The position numbers and the translations under genes are program-made. 64,000 nt of DNA, from assembly GCA_963745035.1 (NCBI GenBank), contig CAVUVW010000011.1, positions 32,001-96,000 of the forward strand, given 5' to 3'. The number at the start of each line of letters is the position of its first letter. Within the stretch, counting starts at the first letter, position 1. This DNA is from an uncultured delta proteobacterium. GTDB taxonomy: Bacteria; Desulfobacterota; Binatia; UBA9968. This document shows positions 53,692 through 64,000 of the stretch, in pieces. The notes beneath the pieces were generated by a model that was not told the origin of the DNA, searched no databases, and saw only the letters and a program-made list of their open reading frames with translations.

Positions 53692-53910
53692 TCACGCCGC
53701 TGGCTTCCAATTTAGCGACAGTCTCTTTCGACTTGCCGCACAATCGCGCAAGTACAGGTTGATCAGCGTCCGAGCCGGAATCCCAGTTTCCACTGCTATA
53801 GATTCGAAATACTCGACGGTCCCTTCGTCGAGCCGAACGGTGACTTCTTTTTTAAGACGCTTCGCGTATGGGTTGGGTTTGGCATTGGAAAAATCGTAAT
53901 GCTTTCTCAT
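53692..53910 (-). CDS. BrnA-like antitoxin (RHH/CopG)
   Basis: MRKHYDFSNAKPNPYAKRLKKEVTVRLD...TLINLYLRDC. Confidence 0.85.
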   Translation of the reverse strand: MRKHYDFSNAKPNPYAKRLKKEVTVRLDEGTVEYFESIAVETGIPARTLINLYLRDCAASRKRLSLNWKPAA

Positions 53911-54011
53911 CGTTTCCACCCTTTACTGTAACCAGTTCGTTCCGAGCAGTCTGCTGCGCGCGCTGATATAAGGAGAATCAACTCGTCTTGCTGCCTGTAC
54001 GTATGGCAGAC
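53907..54011 (-). pseudogene. 3' half of BrnT-like toxin gene
   Basis: VCHTYRQQDELILLISARAAD..ER..Y; stop overlaps antitoxin ATG; no N-terminal half. Confidence 0.72.
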
Positions 54012-54314
54012 TTTGAAACCGGGTCGGAGCCTTTGTCTTCACAATCAGTCATAACTGCGGAGCAAATAAAAATTCCGTTCTCTACTAGAATGTCGACACA
54101 GCGATCAGCGAGTTTTCCTTCAATGTCGGCAACCTCTTCTTCGCTCATTCCGGCGGGCGGATAAATCCGCACATGGCCGTCCTCGTCTTCGAACGTCTCC
54201 GTGGTCGCCTCGATCCTTGATTCCGGACAAAGCTGCTTTCGCAAGCAGGCTCAACTCCGCAAGGTAATTATCCACGAGGCTTTTTCGTTCAGACAAAGAC
54301 ATCGATTTAACCAT
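53978..54314 (-). CDS. Hypothetical acidic protein (probable indel near 54237)
   Basis: Two overlapping ORFs join into MVKSMSL...LCPESRIE...EDEDGHVRIYPP. Confidence 0.45.
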
Positions 54315-54804
54315 TGGAAAGCCCTTTCTCGATCTCACCGACGAACTCAGTCGCTTTTTGCGAGCGCCCGTGTTGCCTGTCGGCGGCTCACGTCATGGTC
54401 TCTATGATCCGCCGTGTGCCGCAAATCCTGCACGACTTTTAGATCACGGGCTAAAAAAGCTGAATAAAGTTTTTTCTCCGGGTAAGCTCATTAGCGAAGG
54501 TCGCTTGGAGTCCTGCGTGAGTCCACTCGGCACGCAAAAAACCGGCCGCTTCAAGGGCAACCCGCTTGGGGTCATGACTCGGGGTCAAGGCGGGGGGTCA
54601 GGCCTGAGCGGGGTCAAGGCTGGGGTCTGAGTCGTGCGTTGTTGTCGGTTATCTCGGCTATTTTCTTTTCCGCCGCACAGGTGCTTTTGAATTCAACTCC
54701 ACAGCTTCTTGCCCGCGCTCGCCGCGCCGTCCAGAGGGCGCGGAGCTTGGCCCAGGCGATTTGCGGGTGGACACGGCCGCGTAGGCCGCAGTCGGTGCCG
54801 ATTA

Positions 54805-55062
54805 GAGCGTGTGAAGAGCGGTTGCTAGCGTCGGAACAACCGCCCTTCTATCATCTATGTAGTGTATCTACGTCGATGATCGCGTCGATGATTGCCGGCC
54901 TGCCGCTGCGGTTGGCTTCGAGGCCGCGCTTCAGCGCATCCTGGAGCTTTTCCGGATCGGTCACCTGCTCGCCGTAACCGCCGACGCATTCGGCGACCTT
55001 CACGAAGTCGGGAGGATTGATATGGGTGCTGTAGTAGACATTGGTCTCTACCGCGATCCCGT
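54805..55062 (-). pseudogene. 3' remnant of a ThDP-enzyme paralog with downstream flank
   Basis: Diverged direct repeat of 55725-55959; stop at 54868-54870. Confidence 0.82.
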
Positions 55063-55212
55063 TTCAGTTTGAACGAATTATTCTGGATTACTCACCGGGG
55101 CCGGGCAAAGAGCGACGCAACAGGACCGCGCGCTCGCGTTGACCAACTGGTGAAACCCTCGAAATCCGAAATGCCAAAACCCACGACTTGACCCGACGCC
55201 GCCACTCTCGAT

Positions 55213-55662
55213 TTACTTCTTGCTTTTTTGATCTATGACCTTCAGGTCGAACTTCCCTGGCGACTCCTCGTAAAAGAGCGCGCCTTCCTTCGGGTCTCCG
55301 CTGCTCACATGCACGGTCCCGCCCGGAATGGAGAAATAGGACCCGGCATCGACTCGCCGCTCGTTGCCGTTCTGGGGCTTGTAAATATAGGCGCCCCGCA
55401 GCACGACGATCCGGACTTCGTTGGTGTGGGTATGCACAGGATTGGTCAGGCCTGGATCGAACCTCGTGAAGGCGCCGTAAGGTCCCTTGTCGTGATTACC
55501 CCACAGGATCTTTTTCTTAACTCCCGGCGCGATCTCCTTGAACTCCGCTTTCTCGGATTCCACGAAAACCGGTTCCTTCTTGCTCTGGGCCAGCGCTACG
55601 CCCAGCAAGCAGGCCACCACCGCGACTCCGACTACCGAAACCAACTTTGCTTGCATCTTCAT
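55213..55662 (-). CDS. Exported cupin (DUF4437-like)
   Basis: Signal peptide; LWGNHDKGPY, PVHTH, PGGTVH. Confidence 0.8.
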   Translation of the reverse strand: MKMQAKLVSVVGVAVVACLLGVALAQSKKEPVFVESEKAEFKEIAPGVKKKILWGNHDKGPYGAFTRFDPGLTNPVHTHTNEVRIVVLRGAYIYKPQNGNERRVDAGSYFSIPGGTVHVSSGDPKEGALFYEESPGKFDLKVIDQKSKK

Positions 55663-55765
55663 AGCTTCCTCCTGCGATGTGACTACGGACGAATTTTCCC
55701 TGGTTCTGGATTCTGTTCCTGATCGAGCGTGTGAAAGGCCGTTGCTACCGCCGGCTTCCCATTCT

Positions 55766-57456
55766 CTAGGTAACGATCACGTCGATGATCGCCGGCTTGC
55801 CGCTCCGGTTGGCTTCGAGGCCGCGCTTCAGCGCATCCTGGAGCTTTTCCGGATCGGTCACTTGCTCACCGTAGCCGTCGACGGATTCGGCGACCTTCAC
55901 GAAGCTGGGCGCATTGATGTGGGTGCCGTGGTAAAGATCGATCTCGGCCGCGATCCCGTCCGGATACATCTTTTGGTGCATGCCCTGCATGGCGGCGTAT
56001 TTTTTGTTGTTGAAGATGACCGTCATAGTCGGCAGGTTGTAATCGCGCGCCGCGCCGAGGCTGCCGAGAGCCGGGTTGTAAAGGAACGCGCCGTCGCCGA
56101 TCAGGGTCACGACCTGCCGTTCCGGTTTCCCGAGCTTGATCCCCAGCGAAAGACCCAGCCCCTGTCCGAGACCGCCTTGGCGGGTGAACAGGCACTGCGG
56201 GTGGTTCCATACGAGGTGTTGGCGCAAGGTGGCGGTGTGGGTGGTGACTTCGTCGATGTAAATCGCATCTTTGGGCATCACGGCGTTGAGCGAGGCGCAC
56301 AGCCATACCGGATCAATCGGTGTCTTCTTGCGCGCAGCCGTCTGCGCCGCATTCCTTTTCTCGACCAGCGCATCGTGCGCCGCGGCGAGCTCCTTGCGTC
56401 TTGCCTCCACCGCGGCCTTATCGACTTTAGCGGCATTGGCTAGATCGCGCAGCGTCTGTGCCACGTTGCCTTCGAGATACATATCGGCCTGATGACTCTG
56501 GTAGACCATCGCCGAATTGTGCGGCGCCTCGTCCACCATGGCGACCACGGCCTTGGGCGGGCGGTTGCTTGGCGGATACCACGGGGCGCGCGCGCGGACG
56601 ACGATCGCGAGGTCCATGTCGTTCCAGAACGGTTTGATATCGGTGCCCTGATAAAGCGGATGATCCTTGGGGAAGTTGGCGAACAGGGCGCCGGGCTTCT
56701 CGACCAACGGCAGAGCGAGCTTCTCGCACAGCGCGACCAGCGCCTCGTAAGTCTCGACCTCCTGGCCGGCGCCCTCGGTGAGCACCACCGGGTGTTTCGC
56801 TTTGGAAAGCTGGGCGGCGAGCTTTTCGATGTCCTCCGGCGCAGTCAGGATGCGCGGTGCGGGCGGAACCGTGCGCGGATTAACTGCGGCGGTGTCCAGC
56901 CATCCATCAGCGTTTCCGTCGAAACGGAAAGATAAGTGGGTCCGGTCGGTTGCCGCTGCGCCAGCTCGCCGGCGCGGATGACGCTTTCATAGAGCGTGTG
57001 GACGCTGCCCGCGACAGAGGAGTACTTGACGATCGAGTCGACCAGGTTGGTCGTGCCGCTGACGATGCTCAAGTTGTTCATCCACTGGGCGCCCGGATCG
57101 AACTCCGGCTGCTCGCCGTAGGTCATCGACTCTCCGGAGATCACCACCATCGGGACTCCGGCGACAAAGGCGCCGTGCATGCCCATGGCGCCCTGCAACA
57201 GGCCGGCGCCCGCGTGCAACAACACGGCCTGCATTTTGCCGGTGGCCAGCGTGTAGCCCGCCGCGATGTCGACGGCGAGTGTTTCGTGCCACACGTCCAG
57301 CAGTTTGGGACCGCTCTTCTTCCGGTGGATCTGGTCGGCCATGGCTTCCCAGACAGGCGCCCATTCGGTGCCCGGCGAAGACAGGATGTATTCAACTCCG
57401 AGCTTGCGGAACGCTTCGACTAAGGCGCTGCCGCCGTCGAACTGGTTCTTTTTCAT
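55766..57456 (-). CDS. ThDP-dependent enzyme (indel near 56880)
   Basis: SPGTEW, WHETLA, GGLGQG, GDGAFLYN...FNN. Confidence 0.87.
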
Positions 57457-57549
57457 GTTTGGTCTCCCTCGAATGTGTAACTAATTGGCAATTAAAGTAA
57501 GTTGCTCCGTCTGGCTGCCGACGAGATTTCTAGAGAACCCAATTGGATT

Positions 57550-58633
57550 TCACGCCAAACCGTAAAACGTTCTCGGATTATCCTCGACGATCTTTCTGTG
57601 CTGCGCGGCGCTGATGCCGCCGCCATCTTTTAACGTCGTCAGTGCGTCCAGTTCCGTCGACGAGTCGGCGTGGCCGTAGTCGGTGCCGATCATCAGCGTG
57701 TTTTCGCCCATGCAGCTCTTGATGAGATACGGCACGTCGTCGCCGATCTGGCAGGTCACGAAGATGCCGCAGCGCTCGAGCAAGATCGTCGGGCAGCCGA
57801 TTGCCTACTTTGTCCAAGCGCCGGCGCAGCTCATAAATGACCCACGGCACCCACGTCGCCGCGGTTTCGATGAAGCCGAAGCGGAGTTTGGGAAATTTCT
57901 GCGGGATGCCGCAATTGATCAGGCGGAACATCGCACCGACGTTAAAAATTCTGTACTGGTTGAAAAAGTCCCGGCTGCCGTCGGGATTGACCATCATGTC
58001 CACTGCCGCGGCGCTGCCGTTGGATTGGTGCAGGCCGATGCAGAAATTCATTTTCTCGGCTTGCTCGTACAAAGGAAAGAAATAGGGATCGCTGATCTGG
58101 CGCGCGCCTTCGAGCGGGCGCATGAAGACGCCGCAGCCACCGTTCTCCTTGGCGAACTTGAGCTGGTCGAGCGCGTCCGGCATGCTGAGCAGCGGCAAGT
58201 TCGCCATCCAGCGTAAACGCCCCTTGCTCTGTTTCCAAACATCCGCCATCCAGCGATTGTAAGCGCCGCACAACGCCACCTCGGTATCGGCGCGTTCGGT
58301 CACCTGGTCGAGAAAGATGCTCGTGTAGAGCACTTGGATATCGATCCCCAACTCGTCCATGTGCTTGACGCGCGCACCCACGTCGGCCAGATCGCGCGTC
58401 GCCATGTCGGTCGCCATATCGCGGCCGATCTCGGCCGACTTCTTGTCGAGATCGGCCTTGCTAAAGGTGAACCGGAACAGGCCGCGGATCTTGCCGTCGA
58501 TCACCCAGTGCGCCTTTTGATTGTCATCCTCCGGCTTGAACAACTGGGGCCGAAACTTTTTCTCCGCCGCTGTCAGGTAGTCCCACGTCAGCGGACTTTC
58601 AACGACATGCGCGTCAGCGTCTACCCATCCCAT
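57550..58633 (-). CDS. Amidohydrolase_2 family protein (indel near 57783)
   Basis: VDADAH, AYNRW, GTDYGHAD in a shifted frame. Confidence 0.87.
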
Positions 58634-58748
58634 GGTTCGATCCTCCGGTATTTTGGATTGCCGATTTTGGATTTTGGATTATCAGAATGCCGACAAGGTT
58701 TATCCGCACGGAACTGTTGCCTGTTGCCTAATGCCTGCTGCCTTCTTC

Positions 58749-59513
58749 TCAATGAAGCACCGCCCCACCATTCACGAGAATGGTTTGGCCTGTAACGAAC
58801 GTGCTCAAATCAGACAAAAGATAGAGCGCGGTCCCGACCAGATCTTCCGGTTGCTCGATGCGTTTAAGAATTCGTGTCGAAGCCGTTCTCTCGTAATTCT
58901 TCAGCGCCGCCTCAGTAGCTTTTTCTTCGCTCATCGTCGCGCCGGGAGCCAAAGTATTTACGCGAATATTGTCGGGGCCAAGCTCGCGCGCCAGCACTCG
59001 GCTGAAGCCGACCACGGCAGCCTTCGAAGTCACATAGTGCATCATCGTCAAGCCGCCGTTGAATGCCATGTTCGAGGAAATGTTGACAACGCTCCCTTGT
59101 TTGCGCTGCTGCATCGCCGGCACGACCGCGCGGCTGGCCAGCCACAGTCCCTTCACGTTGACCGCCATGATCCGGTCCCAAGCCTCCTCGGTAATTTCCT
59201 GCCAGCTACCCTTCTCGGCGGGCACGCTCATGAAGATCGCAGCATTGTTAACTAGTCCGTCGACCTTGCCGTAGGCATTGAGGGTCTTCTTCGCCATCTC
59301 CTGGCAGCTCGAAAAATTTGCCACGTCTACTTTCGTCGCGAGCGCTTTGCCGCCGCTATCGATGATCGCTTTGGCCACGCCTTCCGCCGCCGCTGCGTCG
59401 ATATCGGCAACGACAGCGGTCCCTCCTTCGCGGGCAATTCCTAGACAATATGCGCGGCCAATGCCATGGCCGCCTCCCGTTACGATCACGACCTTGTCAT
59501 CAAGTAGACCCAT
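58749..59513 (-). CDS. SDR family oxidoreductase
   Basis: TGGGHGIG, NNAA, YVTSK, NTLAPG. Confidence 0.92.
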   Translation of the reverse strand: MGLLDDKVVIVTGGGHGIGRAYCLGIAREGGTAVVADIDAAAAEGVAKAIIDSGGKALATKVDVANFSSCQEMAKKTLNAYGKVDGLVNNAAIFMSVPAEKGSWQEITEEAWDRIMAVNVKGLWLASRAVVPAMQQRKQGSVVNISSNMAFNGGLTMMHYVTSKAAVVGFSRVLARELGPDNIRVNTLAPGATMSEEKATEAALKNYERTASTRILKRIEQPEDLVGTALYLLSDLSTFVTGQTILVNGGAVLH

Positions 59514-59710
59514 CTACACTTCCTCTCAATGAATCTGAACGGCCGAGCGCAAGTAGGCTTCCGTTCACTTAGTTATCACCGCGCATTTATCATTGTCAAA
59601 ACCGAGCGGAGCCAATAAAATACCCGTCGTTTTTACATGATGCGTCTTGGATCCGATCTGCGAACGTCCCGGCAAGTAGTACATGACAGCTCCGTGGCGG
59701 TTCAACCAGG

Positions 59711-60838
59711 GTGATTCTCGAACCATTAATGCTTAAGAAAACATTGCAATATCTTCTGCTGGTCCTATTCGGCGCGGGCACAGCCATGGTCGGCGTCGAA
59801 TTCATTGGGCGGATTGTGCCTATCGATAGTCTACCACGTTCGTTGTCGGCAATTGTTCAGACGATGCAGCTTCATGAAAACGTTTACCGGCGCGACGTCT
59901 ACCTGCAATACGTAATTGATCCTGGAGCTGACCACTTGTTCCAGCATAGAGAGTTCACCTACCGTGTTAAGCCAGGACTCAAATTGGAACAAGCTGGTTT
60001 TCGTGGCAGCCCGCTGCAAAATCCGGTATGGGGCATAGCCTTGGGTGATTCTTTTACATTCGGCGTGGGAGTCGAGCATGATTCAACTTGGGTGGCGCAA
60101 TTAGCAAAACTGACGCGGAAAGAAATAGTAAACCTCGGAGTGCCGGGGTGGGGTCCTCAACAGTATACCCGAGCTTTAGAGCGATACGGCGCACCCCTAA
60201 AACCAAAAGTAGTTTGGTACGCTTTATATAGAAACGACCTGCAAGACGTTTTGTTGTTTGATCAATGGTCTCGGAAACCGCCTTACGGGCAGAGAATCCA
60301 GAACTTCTTGGGACTACATTCCATCGTTTACAATTTTTTCCGATTGCTTGTAGGCAGCGTTACGCCGGGAGCCGAAACGATTGTTCTGGAGAACTCTCTT
60401 AAGTTCAACTCGAAGGTGCTCAAGCACGGACTGCTAACTGATCGTAACAGCTTTAACTCGGCGTGGTCGATCATGAAACGAGAAATCAGCCTTGCCATAG
60501 ATTACAGCCACGCTATAAACGCGATTTTCGTGCTGCTTTATTTGCCTTCCAAGGAGGAGGTCCATTGGGAGTCTATCAAACGGCGAGGGATCGATCTTGG
60601 ATCATTCGATCACGATATCGAGATGCTGAGATCCCATGTTCTGAATTTTTGCAAGCTGCGGGAAATTTCGTGCTTGGATCTCACACCGGGGTTTCGATTC
60701 AAAGCAGCGGCGGGAATGAAGCTCTACTATTCAGATGATAGCCACTGGAATGAAGCGGGAAACCGACTTGCCGCTGACGAAATTCATCGGTTTATCCGGA
60801 ATCATGCCGAGATTGGCCTTAGAGTATCTTTACCTTAG
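59711..60838 (+). CDS. SGNH/GDSL hydrolase, AlgX/AlgJ-like membrane-anchored protein
   Basis: LGDSFTFG, NLGVPG, YRND, DSHWNEAG; visibly lower GC. Confidence 0.82.
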   Translation: MILEPLMLKKTLQYLLLVLFGAGTAMVGVEFIGRIVPIDSLPRSLSAIVQTMQLHENVYRRDVYLQYVIDPGADHLFQHREFTYRVKPGLKLEQAGFRGSPLQNPVWGIALGDSFTFGVGVEHDSTWVAQLAKLTRKEIVNLGVPGWGPQQYTRALERYGAPLKPKVVWYALYRNDLQDVLLFDQWSRKPPYGQRIQNFLGLHSIVYNFFRLLVGSVTPGAETIVLENSLKFNSKVLKHGLLTDRNSFNSAWSIMKREISLAIDYSHAINAIFVLLYLPSKEEVHWESIKRRGIDLGSFDHDIEMLRSHVLNFCKLREISCLDLTPGFRFKAAAGMKLYYSDDSHWNEAGNRLAADEIHRFIRNHAEIGLRVSLP

Positions 60839-60911
60839 CCAGGCTTTGTCGCATTCGAGACAAAGCGCCAAACGTCGGCGCACATATCGAGAAAAATCAC
60901 ACCTGTCGTCT

Positions 60912-61072
60912 ATCCAGTCGAGAATGACTTGATTGGTTTCTTCCGGCGCCTGCAAAAAAACCGTGTGACTGGCCTTTCAAGATTTTCATCTCCGCGCCGG
61001 GAATTCGAGGAGCACCTTTGCTGGCAATGTAATTGCCGCCGATGTATAGCTTCGCCGATCAACCTAACGTCG
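60912..61072 (-). pseudogene. Decayed 3' fragment of an alpha/beta hydrolase
   Basis: Diverged copy of about 63425-63610. Confidence 0.75.
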
Positions 61073-61077
61073 ACGCC

Positions 61078-61247
61078 TTGCCGCCGCTATCGACAAATGC
61101 TTTGGCTATGCCTTCCGCCGCCGCTGCAGCGATATCGGCGGCCACAGCGGTTCCTCGTTACGCGCAATTCCCAAAGAATATGCACGACCGACGCCATTCC
61201 CGCCGCCGGTGACAATCACCACTTTCTTTTTGCTCCAGTAGTCTCAT
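61078..61247 (-). pseudogene. Decayed 5' fragment of an SDR gene
   Basis: Diverged copy of about 59346-59513. Confidence 0.78.
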
Positions 61248-61328
61248 CTCGGATCCTATCTTGTTTAGCTGTGTCCGGGCCCATCCGGTGGTACAAAACC
61301 GGTCGGATAGCGCTCTCTATCCTTCGTT

Positions 61329-62387
61329 TCACGGCTTCAACATCTTGCGCAGCTTCGCCTTCAAGTCGGCCGGCAGAGCCAAGAACTCCGTCACCAGCTT
61401 TTGCACCTGCTGCGCGGAGACCGGAGCGATTTCAAGTTTTCCTTTTTCGGCTTCCGCCAAAAACTCTTTGTCCGCGAACGTTCTCGTGAGGGCCGCTTCC
61501 AGAGCGGCGCTCCGATCCTGCGGTACGGCCGACGGCACGACGTAGACTTTGCCGAACTGATTCGGCGCCGCGGCGCCGTAGCGGAGCAACTGGCGCTGCT
61601 CTTCGGTTTTGGCGATCATCGGAATCGTCGGCACGTTCGGAGCCGGCAGCTCCGCAATGGGATTGTCGCTGATCTGGGCGAGAATAAGCCACTCGCCGCT
61701 CTTGACCTTGTCCAACGAAGTTATCTTGGTCGATTCCCAGCTATTCATCAGGCCATCCAGCTCGCCGCTCTCTATGGCTAGGCGGATGTCGGCCGTGCCT
61801 TTGTAGCCGCTCACCATTTTAATGTTTGCCCCCAGGAGGTCGCGGAGAAGAATCGGCCCCTGTTCCACCGTCGAGCCGGGAATCCCGCCCATGACAATCT
61901 GTTTCGACTTCGACCCCATCACCTCTTCGAACTTCGCGACACCGGGTTTGCGCGTCACGAGCACGAGGTAGGTCTCGCCGATAGGCACACCGAGGTAGCG
62001 AAACTTGCCGAGGTCGTATTGCACCGCCGGGTTGGCAAAGAGCTGTTCCAAAATAATCTGCCCGCTAATGTTGCCGATCACGGTGCCATCTTTGGGCGCG
62101 GCGTTGAAGAGATGATTGGCCGCGATGATGCTGCCGGCGCCGGTCATGTTCTCGACGATGACGCCGGGATTACCCGGAATGTGTTTGTGGAGATGGCGCC
62201 CGATGACTCGGGAATAGGCGTCGTACCCGCCGCCGGCGGAAAATCCCACGATGATGCGGACGGTCTTGCCTCGATAGAAATCCGCCACCGCCTTCTCGTC
62301 AAATGCTGCGGCAGCCCATGCTTGCACCGCCAAACTAAAACACGAGTAAAGACAAAGAAACATCATCAAGGATAGAAGCCTTCTCAC
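61329..62387 (-). CDS. TctC/Bug-like substrate-binding protein
   Basis: FYRGKTVRIIVGFSAGGGYD, PGNPGVIVENMTGAGS, GYKGTADIRLAIESGE. Confidence 0.88.
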   Translation of the reverse strand: MRRLLSLMMFLCLYSCFSLAVQAWAAAAFDEKAVADFYRGKTVRIIVGFSAGGGYDAYSRVIGRHLHKHIPGNPGVIVENMTGAGSIIAANHLFNAAPKDGTVIGNISGQIILEQLFANPAVQYDLGKFRYLGVPIGETYLVLVTRKPGVAKFEEVMGSKSKQIVMGGIPGSTVEQGPILLRDLLGANIKMVSGYKGTADIRLAIESGELDGLMNSWESTKITSLDKVKSGEWLILAQISDNPIAELPAPNVPTIPMIAKTEEQRQLLRYGAAAPNQFGKVYVVPSAVPQDRSAALEAALTRTFADKEFLAEAEKGKLEIAPVSAQQVQKLVTEFLALPADLKAKLRKMLKP

Positions 62388-62565
62388 AAGCACCTCCGGA
62401 TTGGATGTCGATGTGCGGAGCCCAAGCAAAGTTGTACGTCTGCTCTGGCTACCACCGCGCCGTCGCCACTGTCAACACGAAGCTCAGATCGGGTACCGCT
62501 TGCAAATCGGCGGCGCTGTAGACACTCTGCTCTTTATCCGCAATGACACTTGACGGAGGCTCATC

Positions 62566-63378
62566 ATGGCGAGCGGCGAGGCACCCCGGAGCAAATTCAC
62601 CGAAGTGCAGGGAATCAAACTCCACTATTTGGAATGGGGAGAGTCCGGCAAGCCGGATCTCTTGCTGGTTCATGGCTGGACCAATTTTTCATCGAGCTGG
62701 TCGGCGGTCGCGGAATATTTTGAGAACCGCTTTCACATCATCGCGCCGGACCTGCGCGGCCACGGCGAGTCCGATAAACCGCAAACGGGCTATCGGCTGC
62801 GCGATTTCACCGAAGATATTCGCCAGCTCATCAAGAAACTTGAGCTGCGCCAGCCAGCCTATGTCGGCCATTCCTGGGGCGGCAACATCGGCACGATCCT
62901 CGCGTCGGATTCACCGGTTCTGATTTCGCGCGCCTTCCTCGAAGATCCCGTTTACTGGCGCATGCTCCACGCCTTCATGACCGCGCTGCCGGGCGCGCTG
63001 GCGCGGCTCAGTAGACCGGAAGCGGAGATCCGCGCCGAAGCCAGGCAAAAAGGCCTTTCGCAATCCGACGAGGACATGGAAGTTTACCGCAATCGCCACT
63101 TTTCGGCCGACGCGATCACACGTTTGCTTACGGACAATCGCGACTGGGCTTTTGCTTTTGAAGATCATCTGAAGCGCATCGCCGTGCCGACGATGCTTTT
63201 GGTCGCCGACAACAAAGCCGCGCAGCCGGGCGCGATCATGCGCGAGGAAATGGCCTATCTCCAGCGCATCGCTTCGCCGCAAGTGAAGTTCGACTTCTGG
63301 GAAGGAGTCGGGCACGGCATGAAAGCGGCAAGGCCGGCGGAATACAACAAAGCGTTGGAGTCGTGGCTGCTGGCCTAG
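62566..63378 (+). CDS. Alpha/beta hydrolase
   Basis: LVHGW, PDLRGHGES, GHSWGG, VGH. Confidence 0.9.
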   Translation: MASGEAPRSKFTEVQGIKLHYLEWGESGKPDLLLVHGWTNFSSSWSAVAEYFENRFHIIAPDLRGHGESDKPQTGYRLRDFTEDIRQLIKKLELRQPAYVGHSWGGNIGTILASDSPVLISRAFLEDPVYWRMLHAFMTALPGALARLSRPEAEIRAEARQKGLSQSDEDMEVYRNRHFSADAITRLLTDNRDWAFAFEDHLKRIAVPTMLLVADNKAAQPGAIMREEMAYLQRIASPQVKFDFWEGVGHGMKAARPAEYNKALESWLLA

Positions 63379-63392
63379 TCTGCGCGAAGAAA

Positions 63393-64000
63393 TCAAATCG
63401 CCTGGTTTGCGCCGTGCTTTTTTACCCAGTCTAAAATTACCGCATTGGTTTCTTCCGGCGCCTGCCAGAAAAAGCCGTGCGACTGGCCTTTGAGAATCTT
63501 CATCTCCGCGCCGGGAATGCGCTCGACGAGCACCTTCGATTGCGCGATATGATTGCTGCCGATCGTGTCGCGCTTCGCCGATAAGAATCAGAGTCGGCGC
63601 CTTAACGTCGCCCAGGCGGTGCGTGCCCTCGAAATTGTGCCGCGCCATACAGAGGTGGATGAACTCCGGAAGCTTGGAGTGGGTGGCCCAGGCAAGCTTG
63701 AAAAACTCTTCGACCTTGTCGCGGTTCTTGTCGCGATAGTCTTTGGTAAAGAACGTATCGGATTCGACGATCTCATCGTAGATAAATTTCTCGAAGCCCA
63801 TCTCGACCATGTCCAGGACCAGCCGATGCGGCAAACCGGGAATGCAATCCGAGCCGGGCCGGGCCGCCGGTCCCGAGCCGCTGGCCGCCATGATCAAGCT
63901 CTTCACCCGTCCGGGAAAGTTCTGCGCGAGCGAAAGCGCGATGCGTCCGCCCATCGAGTGGCCGATCAAATGCGCCGACGCCAGTTTCAAGTGATCCATC
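63393..64000 (-). CDS. Alpha/beta hydrolase, partial (5' end outside window, indel near 63572)
   Basis: GHSMGG; C-terminal SHGFFWQAPEETN in a shifted frame. Confidence 0.85.

Noticed and set aside
54340-54800. GGGGTCA-rich stretch and ORFs 54358-54630 and 54639-54977
   Set aside because: Short repeats lack regular period and the ORFs have no recognisable family; a RAYT-type repeat is possible but unsupported.

Overview
GC-rich (about 58-60% by eye) bacterial chromosomal segment with no rRNA, tRNA or CRISPR array. It is dominated by expanded paralog families: orphan TctC/Bug-like and NMT1-like substrate-binding proteins, PF04392-like binding proteins, amidohydrolase_2 enzymes, ThDP enzymes and SDRs. 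This content is typical of Binatota/Deltaproteobacteria-like genomes (inference). Highlights: (1) a hidden 553-aa UGSC-type selenoprotein (U-S-T-C, in-frame UGA plus SECIS-like hairpin) upstream of a thioredoxin reductase; (2) a ptxABCD phosphite uptake/oxidation operon with a candidate Pho box; (3) a GIY-YIG nuclease flanked by CGTC-type REPs inside a liv operon, with a gene-less copy 9 kb away; (4) two IS481 copies, both associated with the same palindromic repeat family; (5) a recurring architecture in which cargo genes lie between a gene and a diverged partial duplicate of it, plus gene scraps (katG, brnT, IS1182); (6) an orphan Geobacter-like type IV pilin. About 20 small indels split otherwise intact genes and are most likely long-read errors. 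All family assignments come from motif recognition, not database searches.
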